Made by a program: the position numbers and the translations under genes
Notes under the pieces: generated by a model
What the model was told of the DNA's origin: nothing
Database searches by the model: none
What the model saw: only the letters and a program-made list of their open reading frames with translations
Source: Bacteroidia bacterium
GTDB lineage: Bacteria > Bacteroidota > Bacteroidia > UKL13-3
Assembly (NCBI GenBank): GCA_025454975.1
Contig: JALONK010000010.1
Span: 2,217 to 66,216, forward strand
Length of the DNA: 64,000 nt
Direction: 5' to 3'
In this document: piece by piece, positions 1 to 9,683 of the stretch
Layout of the letters: each line of letters begins with the position of its first letter
Numbering within the stretch: position 1 is the stretch's first letter

Positions 1-40
1 CACCAAGTCAGTTAACTTTACTACTTTAAAACTATCCGAA

Positions 41-3000
41 ATGAGGAAATCACTTAAATGTATTTTGCTTTTGCTTATAGGTTACATGTTAAACTGCAAC
101 ACATTGTACGCCCAAACTATAAGTGCTCCCTCTGCCGAAAAAATTGAGCATGTTACCATTATTCATCGTGATACTTTAATTGATAATTATTTTTGGATGC
201 GTGATAAATACAGTGCCGAAGTCGTAAATTATTTATACGCCAACAATGCTTATTCAGATGTATTAATGAAGCCAACCAACCTGCTTCAAAAGGTTATTTA
301 TGATGAGATGCGAGAACGAATAGTTGAAAGTAGAGACTCGAAACCAAGAAAAGAAAAGAACTATTATTACTACACCCGAACGATTAAAGACAAAGACTAT
401 CCCATAATTTTCAGGAAAAAAGATTCAATAACGTCAGGTGAACAATTGGTAATTGACATGAATAAGATTGCGGAAGAATATATGTACTTTTCGTTAATGG
501 CTTCTGATGTTAGTCCGAATCAAGAACTATATGCATACGGTATTGATAGTAAAGGAAATAATATTGGAAAACTATTTATTAAACATATTGATTCCGATAG
601 TTTGTTGTTGATAGATACAATTCCTGCTATAACCGGCATGATTTGGGGCAAAACAAGCGACTTTATTTATTATACGGTTCCTGAAGCAAAAACTAATCGC
701 TCATATCGAATTTATCGTCATATACTTGGTACTCATTATAGCACGGATGAATTAGTTTTAGAAGAGTTAGATCCAACCTTTCAAATTGGGATGAGTACTT
801 CAGCTTCTGAAGCATTTTTGTTTTTTTCAATTACTAAAACAGAAAGTGATGAAATATACTACATCTCGTCATCGGATAAAACAAATAAACCAACACTTTA
901 CCTTAAACGACAGCCTAAATTATTGTACAGCCTAGAGCATTACTCGGGTAATGAATTTTATATCAGCACCAATTACCAAGCAATAAATTTTTCGTTTGTT
1001 AAATCAGCCATCAATAATAATAACCCAAAAGCATGGCAAGCTATTATTCCGGGTCGTAAAGATATCTTATTAGAAGATGTTACGCTCCTGAAAAATGCAA
1101 TGATATACAAGGAAAGAGAACAAGCACAACAACGGATAATTATTAAAAATCTTTTATTAAACAAGTATGACACCATAAAAGCTCCTTTAAAAATTTATTC
1201 ATGTAGCTATAATATTCCTGAATATGATTACGAGTTGTCGAACGTAATTACTTATAGTATCACAAATGATATTGAGCCTGCCGCAACTTATGAATATGAT
1301 TTAACCAGCAAACAAACTAAATTTATTGAAAGGGATAGTTTAAATGTACCTTACGAATCATCTAATTATGAAACCAAACGAATTTTTGCAAAGGCTAACG
1401 ATGGCAACTTAATCCCTATAACCCTAGCCTACAAAAAAGGAATACAGTTAAACGGGAATAATCCATTGCTACTGGTATCATATGGGAGTTATGGTTCGCC
1501 TTCTCTACCGGGTTTTTCATCTACCGAAATAAGTTTTCTCGACAGAGGAATCATACTTGCAACAGCTCATATTAGGGGTGGCAACGATTTAGGTATACAA
1601 TGGTATGAAGATGGAAAACTTTTAAAAAAGAAAAATACATTTACTGATTTTATTACCTGTGCCGAATTCCTGATTCAGCAGAAATATACACGCGCCGAAA
1701 AACTGGCAATACAAGGCGGTTCCGCCGGCGGATTGTTAATGGGAGCAGTTGTAAATATGCGCCCTGATTTATTTAAGTGTGTTGTTGCAAACGTACCTTT
1801 TGTTGATGTTATAAATACCATGTTGGATGAATCCATTCCATTAACAACTTTTGAATTTGAAGAATGGGGTAATCCAAAGAATAAGATTTATTACGACTAC
1901 ATGAAGTCGTATTCACCCTATGATAATGTAAAAGCACAAAATTATCCGCACATGTTGGTTACTGCGGGATATAATGATGCTCAAGTTGGATATTGGGAGC
2001 CGGCCAAATGGGTTGCTAAACTTCGAGAGCTGAAAACAGATACTAACCAAATATTATTTAAAACTAACATGGAAGGCGGTCACCGCGGCGCTTCCGGAAG
2101 GTACTCGGCACTAAAAGAAAGAGCATATGAGCTGGCATTTATTATGCATCATTTAGGAATAAAAGAAAACTACCTTACACTTAAAGGCAAAGTAATTAAT
2201 GAAAATAATGAACCCATTGAATATGCCAACATATATATAGAAGGCGTTGGAACAGGAACCAATAGTAATACAGAAGGAGAATTTAGTTTACGCATAAAAA
2301 GTACCGACAACTTGGTAATCGTATTTCAAAGTATTGGATATGAAAAAAAGCGAGTGAAAATTGATATGAATGTTCGCTCGAATGATTTGGTGGTAAAATT
2401 AAGGAGTGATAATGTATTATTAAAAACAGCATTTATTACTACAGATGGTAAAGATCCTGCTTTAGGCATTATGAAAAAAGCCATTAAAATGAGGGCTGAA
2501 AATAACGCACAAGTGAAGGGTTTTTCTTCGGATGTATACATGAGGAGTACAGTTAAACTACAAGAAATTCCTAAGAAAATTCCGGCCTTTTTAAAATTGG
2601 CTAGTAATGGCGAAAAAATTGACTCTACTTTATTAGGCGTAGTGTATTTATCAGAATCTGTAGCTAAATATCATTATGAAAAACCTGACAAGGTGAAAGA
2701 AACCATGATTGCATCACGGGTAGCAGGAGCAAAACAAGGATTTAGTTTCAATCGGGTTGAAGATGTTTTTGTTAACTTTTATAACCCTACTATTTCATTG
2801 GCTTATTATAGTGAACGACCATTTGTATCGCCTGTTGCACCATTGGCCATGCTTAGTTATACTTATAAATTTAAAGGAGCTTTTACAGTTGATGGAACAG
2901 AAATATACAAAATTGAGGTGATTCCGCTTAGAAAAGGTGATCCCTTGTTTAATGGTTATATTTATATCAGCAGTAATAAATATCAAATAAACGGTGTTGA

Positions 3001-4618
3001 TTTATTTTTAACCAAAGACGCCCAAATTGCTTTCGTTGATACCGTTTTTATTCAACAAGAAACTACCAATGAAAATAATATCCTAATGCCATTACAACTA
3101 AAATTGTTTAGTCATATTAAAGTATTTGGCTTTAAAGCTACTGATATGAGCGTGGCTACAATGAGTAACTATAAAGTTAACGAAGCCTTTAATAAAAACT
3201 TTTTTACGTATGAGGTATTTAACATTGCTAAAGGTGCTAATAAAAAAGATACCAACTATTGGAACTCAACACGAACGATTGTATTAACTGATGAAGAAGA
3301 CCATCATTACCGCAAATCAGATAGTATTTATGCAGCACATCATACACCTGAATATTTAGATAGTATGAACAGAATAAGGAATAAATTTAAATGGAAAGAT
3401 TTATTGTTTAATGGATATTCCTATTCAAAATCAAATGATACAATTTATAATGCTTTAAACTTTAACAGTCTTCCGTTTTCGTTCGGTTTTAATACAGTAG
3501 AAGGTGTATATTTTAATTATCGGATGAACATCGTTCGCTACCAATATACCAATGGTCGTTATCGTATAATTACTCCAATCCTCAGGTATGGATTTTCAAA
3601 TGATAATCTTGCGGGTGGACTTTCCTATTTTAGATCATTAGCAGATAAAAACGCCTCCTCGATTTCCTTTACTGCCGGCCGTTACATACAACAATACAAT
3701 CAATTCGAACCGATAAACCCATTCCTAAATACATTATATACCTTATTAGATAGAAACAATTACGCTAAACTACTTCAAAAAGATATGTTTTCTGTAACCT
3801 ATAAAACAGAACTCATAAATGGTTTATACACTTCGCTTAATACACAATTTTTTCAACGAACAGCATTAACAAATAATAACAACTTTTCATTTTATAGTGA
3901 CGAAGAAAGAACATTTACATCTAATAATCCTCAACAACCAAATAACGATGCAAAGGCATTTAACACACACAGTGGAGTTGAATATAAAATAGCAATTCAT
4001 TATATCCCTAAACAACGTTTCGAAAGTTATCCTGCTTATCGAAGTCTTATCCCGGGTAAGTATCCCGACTTCTATTTATCATTTAAACAAGGTATTGCCA
4101 TTGATGGTGCTTCATTTAATTACCAGTTGTTAGAAGGTGGCGCAGGTAAAGATATTGACGCGAAATTATTAGGGGTATTAAAAATTGATATTAATGCGGG
4201 TTGGTTTATACACTCACGTAGTCAATTGTTTGCCGACTACAAACATTTTAATGGCAACCAGACGTTGTTTTTATCAAACCCGGATAATAACAACACAATT
4301 GTAGATGGATTAAGAAGCCGACTTACAGGTTTTCAAGCGTTGAGTTATTATGGTCTAAGCACCAATAAACCATTTGTGGAAATTCATGCAGCACATAACT
4401 TTCGAAGCTTCTTTCTTGGAAAAATTCCTTTGTTAAGAAAAACATTTGCCCAAGAAGTAATAGGTATAAATTTTCTTCAAGTGGAGGATATTCAATATAG
4501 TGAGTTTTATGTAGGACTTACTAATTTCTTTAGTGTTTTAAGGGTTGATGCAGGAACAATTTTATCCGACCAAACAAACAATAATTGGTTTATTAGACTT
4601 GGATTAAAAATTAACTAA
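41..4618 (+). CDS. Fusion protein: signal peptide + oligopeptidase B (peptidase S9A) + CarboxypepD_reg-like domain + DUF5686-like domain
   Basis: Hydrophobic N-terminus ending LYA-Q; DNYFWMRD; HIRGG; GGSAGG nucleophile (S561), TAGYND (D646), GGH (H681); PLTTFEFEEWGNP. From about aa 710 LKGKVINENNEPIEYANIYI..GTNSNTEGEFSL (CarboxypepD_reg-like), then YLSESV, FVSPVA, FNTVEG, LRYGFS, DYKHFNGN motifs I associate with DUF5686 proteins. Confidence 0.88.
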   Translation: MRKSLKCILLLLIGYMLNCNTLYAQTISAPSAEKIEHVTIIHRDTLIDNYFWMRDKYSAEVVNYLYANNAYSDVLMKPTNLLQKVIYDEMRERIVESRDSKPRKEKNYYYYTRTIKDKDYPIIFRKKDSITSGEQLVIDMNKIAEEYMYFSLMASDVSPNQELYAYGIDSKGNNIGKLFIKHIDSDSLLLIDTIPAITGMIWGKTSDFIYYTVPEAKTNRSYRIYRHILGTHYSTDELVLEELDPTFQIGMSTSASEAFLFFSITKTESDEIYYISSSDKTNKPTLYLKRQPKLLYSLEHYSGNEFYISTNYQAINFSFVKSAINNNNPKAWQAIIPGRKDILLEDVTLLKNAMIYKEREQAQQRIIIKNLLLNKYDTIKAPLKIYSCSYNIPEYDYELSNVITYSITNDIEPAATYEYDLTSKQTKFIERDSLNVPYESSNYETKRIFAKANDGNLIPITLAYKKGIQLNGNNPLLLVSYGSYGSPSLPGFSSTEISFLDRGIILATAHIRGGNDLGIQWYEDGKLLKKKNTFTDFITCAEFLIQQKYTRAEKLAIQGGSAGGLLMGAVVNMRPDLFKCVVANVPFVDVINTMLDESIPLTTFEFEEWGNPKNKIYYDYMKSYSPYDNVKAQNYPHMLVTAGYNDAQVGYWEPAKWVAKLRELKTDTNQILFKTNMEGGHRGASGRYSALKERAYELAFIMHHLGIKENYLTLKGKVINENNEPIEYANIYIEGVGTGTNSNTEGEFSLRIKSTDNLVIVFQSIGYEKKRVKIDMNVRSNDLVVKLRSDNVLLKTAFITTDGKDPALGIMKKAIKMRAENNAQVKGFSSDVYMRSTVKLQEIPKKIPAFLKLASNGEKIDSTLLGVVYLSESVAKYHYEKPDKVKETMIASRVAGAKQGFSFNRVEDVFVNFYNPTISLAYYSERPFVSPVAPLAMLSYTYKFKGAFTVDGTEIYKIEVIPLRKGDPLFNGYIYISSNKYQINGVDLFLTKDAQIAFVDTVFIQQETTNENNILMPLQLKLFSHIKVFGFKATDMSVATMSNYKVNEAFNKNFFTYEVFNIAKGANKKDTNYWNSTRTIVLTDEEDHHYRKSDSIYAAHHTPEYLDSMNRIRNKFKWKDLLFNGYSYSKSNDTIYNALNFNSLPFSFGFNTVEGVYFNYRMNIVRYQYTNGRYRIITPILRYGFSNDNLAGGLSYFRSLADKNASSISFTAGRYIQQYNQFEPINPFLNTLYTLLDRNNYAKLLQKDMFSVTYKTELINGLYTSLNTQFFQRTALTNNNNFSFYSDEERTFTSNNPQQPNNDAKAFNTHSGVEYKIAIHYIPKQRFESYPAYRSLIPGKYPDFYLSFKQGIAIDGASFNYQLLEGGAGKDIDAKLLGVLKIDINAGWFIHSRSQLFADYKHFNGNQTLFLSNPDNNNTIVDGLRSRLTGFQALSYYGLSTNKPFVEIHAAHNFRSFFLGKIPLLRKTFAQEVIGINFLQVEDIQYSEFYVGLTNFFSVLRVDAGTILSDQTNNNWFIRLGLKIN

Positions 4619-4653
4619 TCTGTTAAAAAACATACAACTTTACAATACTTTGT

Positions 4654-4661
4654 TAATTTTG
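4654..4661 (+). promoter_or_regulatory. Bacteroidota primary-sigma -7 element (TAnnTTTG) upstream of lspA
   Basis: TAATTTTG ending 7 nt before the ATG at 4669. Confidence 0.6.
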
Positions 4662-4668
4662 TCATGAT

Positions 4669-5271
4669 ATGGAAAAACAATCAAAATTAAAATTTTACAT
4701 CCTACCGGTTTTGTTGATAGGCCTAATATTAGTGATAGATCAAGCTGTGAAGTTCTACATTAAAAAACATTTCTTTTTAGGAGAAGAAGTTCATGTGTTT
4801 GGCGACTGGTTTAGGATTCATTTTACCGAAAACTACGGTATGGCATTTGGATTAGAATTCGGAGGTAAAACTGGTAAAATTTTATTAACCGCCTTTAGAA
4901 TTGTAGCCGTAGCATTTATAGCTTGGTATATATGGGATATGGGCACCAAGAAAAATGATAGATTTTATGCTATTGCATGGTCGCTAATTTTAGCAGGTGC
5001 TTTAGGTAATATTATTGATAGTGTATTTTATGGTGTATATTTTGGATATGATACTTGGTTTCATGGTCGTGTAGTTGATATGTTTTATTTCCCTATCATT
5101 CAAACAACTATTCCGGAAAGCTGGCCATTTTGGGCTGGAGAAAGTTTCGAATTTTTCCGACCGGTATTTAATGTGGCAGATGCTTCAATAACCATAGGTT
5201 TTATATTAATTGTACTTGGACAAACGTCTTTGTTAGGAAGAAAAGATCGTTCATTATACAGAAGTAGTTAA
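4669..5271 (+). CDS. lspA: Lipoprotein signal peptidase II
   Basis: DQAVK, ENYGMAFG, GALGNIID, VVDMF, PVFNVAD motifs; multiple TM segments. Confidence 0.95.
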   Translation: MEKQSKLKFYILPVLLIGLILVIDQAVKFYIKKHFFLGEEVHVFGDWFRIHFTENYGMAFGLEFGGKTGKILLTAFRIVAVAFIAWYIWDMGTKKNDRFYAIAWSLILAGALGNIIDSVFYGVYFGYDTWFHGRVVDMFYFPIIQTTIPESWPFWAGESFEFFRPVFNVADASITIGFILIVLGQTSLLGRKDRSLYRSS

Positions 5272-5286
5272 TTACAATATTTGCAT

Positions 5287-6579
5287 ATGAAAAGATATAA
5301 GTTACTCTCAAATCAAGTATTTATTGAGAATAGAAAACGTTTTGCTTCAACTTTAGCTAAAAATAGTATAGCCATATTTAACAGCAACGAAGTAATTCCC
5401 AAAAATGGTGATGCTTATTACGACTTTAAGCAGAATAGTGATATGTTTTGGTTAACCGGAATTGATCAGGAAGAATGTGCTGTTGTAATTTTTCCGGATT
5501 GTGCAATTCCTGCTTATCGTGAAGCCTTATTTATAAAACGTACCAACGAACATATTGCGGTTTGGGACGGACATAAATATACTAAACAAGAAGCCACTGA
5601 GGCATCAGGCATCGAAAATGTTTTTTGGATGGATGAATTTGATGGCATGATCAGAGCAATCGTAAATATGGCTGAACGCATCTATTTAAATACTAATGAA
5701 AATGATAGAGCCAGCAGCACTGTGCCATATAAAGACTTACGATTTATTGATGAAATGAGGCAACGATTCCCATTACATCAATATGAACGAGCAGCTCCAA
5801 TGCTTCAACGATTAAGAAGTGTTAAATCAACACTTGAAATTGAATACATGAAACACGCCATTGAAATTTCTAATCAGATGTTTTTACGTGTTTTAAAATT
5901 TGTTAAACCCGGTGTAAAAGAATATGAAATAGAAGCGGAAGTTATACATGAATTTATCAGAAATGGGGCTCGGGGACATAGTTTCTCACCAATTGTTGCT
6001 GCCGGTAAAAATGCTTGTACCCTACACTATATTGATAATGCTGATACTTGTAACGATGGCGATTTGTTATTGTTGGATACAGGCGCCGAATATGGTAATT
6101 ATATCAGCGACATGACAAGGACCTTTCCTATTAACGGTAAATTTACTGCGCGACAAAAAGCCGTTTATAATGCAGTTTTAAGAGTAATGCGTGCAGCTAA
6201 AAGTATGTTAAAACCAGGAGTTATGTTAATGGAATATCATGCTGAAGTTTGTAAAATAATGGAACAAGAACTAATACAATTAGGTTTGATTTCAGTTGAT
6301 GACATTAAAAATCAAAATCCGGCGTGGCCTGCATTTAAAAAATATTTTATGCATGGCACTTCTCACTTTTTAGGTTTAGATGTGCATGATGTTGGTATGA
6401 GGTATGAACCCATGAAAGCAGGCATGATGTTTAGTTGTGAGCCCGGCATTTATATTCCTGAAGAAGGAATTGGCATACGATTAGAAAATGAAATTCTTAT
6501 CACTGATAATGGCTGCATTGATTTAATGGAACATATCCCTATTGAAGCCGATCATATTGAAACATTAATGCACCAGTAA
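5287..6579 (+). CDS. pepP: Xaa-Pro aminopeptidase (M24B)
   Basis: LHY, DTGAE..Y.SDMTRTFP, HGTSHFLGLDVHD, EPGIY, GIRLEN; ATG at 5287 preferred over TTG 5281. Confidence 0.93.
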   Translation: MKRYKLLSNQVFIENRKRFASTLAKNSIAIFNSNEVIPKNGDAYYDFKQNSDMFWLTGIDQEECAVVIFPDCAIPAYREALFIKRTNEHIAVWDGHKYTKQEATEASGIENVFWMDEFDGMIRAIVNMAERIYLNTNENDRASSTVPYKDLRFIDEMRQRFPLHQYERAAPMLQRLRSVKSTLEIEYMKHAIEISNQMFLRVLKFVKPGVKEYEIEAEVIHEFIRNGARGHSFSPIVAAGKNACTLHYIDNADTCNDGDLLLLDTGAEYGNYISDMTRTFPINGKFTARQKAVYNAVLRVMRAAKSMLKPGVMLMEYHAEVCKIMEQELIQLGLISVDDIKNQNPAWPAFKKYFMHGTSHFLGLDVHDVGMRYEPMKAGMMFSCEPGIYIPEEGIGIRLENEILITDNGCIDLMEHIPIEADHIETLMHQ

Positions 6580-6609
6580 TATGTACTAATTGAAACTTCT
6601 TAACTCAGC

Positions 6610-7110
6610 ATGGTTTCGTTAAAAGCATCTATAGATAAATTCGACAGCGAACTTTGGTATTATCATGTGATTATACCTGCTGCTAAAGTTAAAAGTTTCA
6701 TTAAGGAAAATAAGAGGGTAGTTTGTACTGTAAATAAAACCATCTCAATACAGGCAGCATTAATGCCAAATGGCAAAGGCAATTATTTTATTCTACTTAA
6801 CCAAGAGGTTCGAAAAAAACTGAAATTATCCTTGGGCGATGAAGTGCTTATTGAACTATCAAAAGATGAAAGTGAATATGGTATGCCTTTTCCACAAGAA
6901 TTGGAAACTTTATTAGAACAGGATGAAGAAGGCAGGCTGTTGTTTCAAAAATTAACAAAAGGTAAACAACGTACATTAATTTATATTATAGCTAAACCTA
7001 AATCAATTGATTTAAGAATACGAAATGCTATTGGTGTAATTACTCATTTAAAATTAACCCAAGGTAAAATTGACTATAAACAGTTAAATGATACCATAAA
7101 AAGCATTTAA
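6610..7110 (+). CDS. DUF1905 / YdeI-OmpD-associated family protein
   Basis: N-terminal RVVCTVN..AALMP.G.G.YFILLN..RK; C-terminal P.EL..LL..D....F..LT.GKQR...Y.I...K....R. Confidence 0.75.
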   Translation: MVSLKASIDKFDSELWYYHVIIPAAKVKSFIKENKRVVCTVNKTISIQAALMPNGKGNYFILLNQEVRKKLKLSLGDEVLIELSKDESEYGMPFPQELETLLEQDEEGRLLFQKLTKGKQRTLIYIIAKPKSIDLRIRNAIGVITHLKLTQGKIDYKQLNDTIKSI

Positions 7111-7177
7111 CAATCTTATCATACATTACTAAAATTAATAGCAATAACTTTTCTGTATTACAACTACTTTCGTTGAT

Positions 7178-8542
7178 ATGTATGCTATTGTAGATATAGA
7201 AACAACCGGAGGTAATGCAGAAAATCATCGCATAACCGAAATAGCAATATTTATACATGACGGAGAACAGGTGATTAATCATTTTGAAACTTTAATAAAT
7301 CCTGAAATTCCTATTCCTGCTTTTATTGAAAACTATACAGGAATAACAAATAAAATGGTAAAACAAGCTCCTACTTTTGAGGAGGTAAGCGAACAAATTT
7401 ATGAGTTATTACAGCCGCACATATTTGTGGCACATCATGTAAACTTCGACTATAGTTTTATCAAACATCAATTGGCATTATGCGGACTTTCATTACAGCA
7501 AAAGAAATTATGTACTGTAAGATTAAGTAGAAAATTATTTCAGGGTTTACACTCCTACAGCTTAGGTAACTTAACCGCAGCACTTCAAATACCATTACAA
7601 AACAGACATCGTGCGGGCGGTGATGGTAAAGCAACCGTACTTCTATTTGAAAAAATTTTAACTCACCAATTAGGCATCTCTACAATAACATCCGCATTAA
7701 AAAAAGGCTCGAAAGAAGCTATTTTACCCGCCAATTTAGCCCACGAAGAATTTGCTCAACTCCCCGAAAAATCAGGTGTTTATTATTTTCACGACGAAGG
7801 TGGTAAGGTTATTTATGTAGGTAAAGCTAAAAACATCAAACAACGTGTTTACAGCCACTTCGCAGGTAAAACAACAACAGCTAAAAAGCAACAATTCCAC
7901 CAACAAATCCGACATATTACGCAACAAATTACTCCTGATGAATTGCAGGCATTAATATTAGAATCCATTGAAATTAGAAAGCACTGGCCTAAGTATAATA
8001 TAGCTCAAAAAAGAAAAGAATTTCCCGTTGGTTTATTTATGTATGAAGATCATAATGGTTACCAAAGACTAGCTATTGATTATATCAGAAAATATCTAAC
8101 GCCGTTAAAAACTTTTAAAAATATAAATGAAGCTACATCCACTCTAAAAGCATTGGTAAGTGAATATGAATTATGCCCTAAGTTAGCCAACCTGCAATCA
8201 ACGAAAGATAAGTGTGTAGCCTTAGAAGTTCATGCTTGTAAAGGAGCTTGTGAGAAACTTGAAACATGTATAGAGTATAATATGAGGGTAGATGTAGCCC
8301 TGGAAGAATTGCGTGAGGGAAAATCATTTGCTTTGGTGGCCTCAGATAAGAAGCATCACCAAATAAATTGTGTGATAGTGGAAAAAGGTTTATTTTACGG
8401 TATGGGCAGTGTAGAGGAGGATTTATTTATTCCTGACTTTGAAGAATTAAAATCATTAGTTACAGGCTATAAAACCAATTATTTTATTGATGATTTATTA
8501 CAGCGTTCACATTGGCACAGATACCAAGTGATTGAAGCTTAA
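7178..8542 (+). CDS. DEDDh 3'-5' exonuclease (DnaQ-like) fused to UvrC/Cho-like GIY-YIG nuclease
   Basis: IVDIETTG, VAHHVNFD, HRAGGD (DEDDh); GVYYF..IYVGKAKNIKQRV.SHF (GIY-YIG); downstream Cys cluster. Confidence 0.9.
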   Translation: MYAIVDIETTGGNAENHRITEIAIFIHDGEQVINHFETLINPEIPIPAFIENYTGITNKMVKQAPTFEEVSEQIYELLQPHIFVAHHVNFDYSFIKHQLALCGLSLQQKKLCTVRLSRKLFQGLHSYSLGNLTAALQIPLQNRHRAGGDGKATVLLFEKILTHQLGISTITSALKKGSKEAILPANLAHEEFAQLPEKSGVYYFHDEGGKVIYVGKAKNIKQRVYSHFAGKTTTAKKQQFHQQIRHITQQITPDELQALILESIEIRKHWPKYNIAQKRKEFPVGLFMYEDHNGYQRLAIDYIRKYLTPLKTFKNINEATSTLKALVSEYELCPKLANLQSTKDKCVALEVHACKGACEKLETCIEYNMRVDVALEELREGKSFALVASDKKHHQINCVIVEKGLFYGMGSVEEDLFIPDFEELKSLVTGYKTNYFIDDLLQRSHWHRYQVIEA

Positions 8543-8565
8543 ATAACAGATAAATTTTATTGCAC

Positions 8566-8600
8566 TTCTGAAAAGTGATTGATTCAATCACCTTTCAGAA
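8566..8600. terminator. Long inverted repeat between convergent genes, probable terminator/RNA end hairpin
   Basis: TTCTGAAAAGTGATTGA-T-TCAATCACCTTTCAGAA, 17-nt arms with one mismatch. Confidence 0.65.
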
Positions 8601-8611
8601 ATATCAATTAT

Positions 8612-9313
8612 TTATTTATTCATATTGTCAACCGTGATGTAGTTAAGAAACTCCTCACGTGTTTTCATGTCTAAAAATTTGCCGCAATATTCAGAGGTAA
8701 TTGTATTACTGCTTGCATCTTGCACACCCCTTGAAGCAACACATAAATGGTCGGCCTCAATTAATACGGCAACATCATTTGTGTTTAAAGCTTCCTTCAG
8801 CATGTTTGCAATCTGAATTGTCATTCGTTCCTGCACTTGCGGACGTCGGGCAAAATGACGAACTATGCGGTTTAATTTACTAAGTCCAACTACCTTTCCA
8901 TTTGGAATGTAAGCTACGTGGGCTTTCCCAATAATTGGAACAAAATGATGTTCGCATGTGCTGTGAAAACTGATATTCTTTTCAACCAACATACTTTTAT
9001 ATTGGTACTTGTTTTCAAACAACTTTACATCAGGCGCATTTTTAGGATCTAAGCCCGAGAAAATTTCTTTCACATACATTTTAGCTACACGATGCGGTGT
9101 ACCCTTTAAACTATCATCAGTTAAGTCTAACCCTAGAATTTGCATGATCTCCTTAAAATGTTTTTCAATAAGTTCAATCTTAAGGTCGTCGTCTAATTCA
9201 AAAGCATCGGAACGTAACGGGGTTTCTAAAGAGAATGATGCATGTGAATCACCGATATGTTCGTGATGTTGATTAGTTTCCTGAGTACTCAACAAAGTTT
9301 CTTTCTGTTTCAT
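8612..9313 (-). CDS. folE: GTP cyclohydrolase I
   Basis: TPHRVAKMY, STCEHHFVP, GLSKLNR, RRPQVQER, HLCVASRGV. Confidence 0.96.
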   Translation of the reverse strand: MKQKETLLSTQETNQHHEHIGDSHASFSLETPLRSDAFELDDDLKIELIEKHFKEIMQILGLDLTDDSLKGTPHRVAKMYVKEIFSGLDPKNAPDVKLFENKYQYKSMLVEKNISFHSTCEHHFVPIIGKAHVAYIPNGKVVGLSKLNRIVRHFARRPQVQERMTIQIANMLKEALNTNDVAVLIEADHLCVASRGVQDASSNTITSEYCGKFLDMKTREEFLNYITVDNMNK

Positions 9314-9683
9314 ATAATGTTATTTTCAGTTTTAATTGTTGGTTAATACGCTTACGTAACAACCTCCATATTACCACTGCTATATGTTCTGCAGTTGGAT
9401 TTAAATCTTTGAACTCTTCGGTATCTAGATTTAAGTTTTTATGATCGAAACGGTCTTCTACCTCTTCCTTTATCACATCTTTCAATTCCTTCATATCAAT
9501 AAGATATCCCGAAACCGGATCAACTTCACCGGTAACCTGAACTATTAACTCGTAATTGTGCCCATGAAAATTGGCATTGTTACATGAGCCAAAATACCTC
9601 TTATTTTCTTCATCACTCCACGCATTTATATGTAACCTATGCGCTGCGTTAAAATGTGCTTTTCTTGAAACCGATACTTCCAT
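9273..9683 (-). CDS. queD: 6-pyruvoyl-/6-carboxy-tetrahydropterin synthase (QueD/PTPS family)
   Basis: FNAAHRL, C.N...HGHNY, DHKNLN, PTAEHIA, LYETERN; ATG 9683 preferred (TTG 9698 possible); TACATTTG -7 element at 9704-9711 on the minus strand. Confidence 0.88.
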   Translation of the reverse strand: MEVSVSRKAHFNAAHRLHINAWSDEENKRYFGSCNNANFHGHNYELIVQVTGEVDPVSGYLIDMKELKDVIKEEVEDRFDHKNLNLDTEEFKDLNPTAEHIAVVIWRLLRKRINQQLKLKITLYETERNFVEYSGN

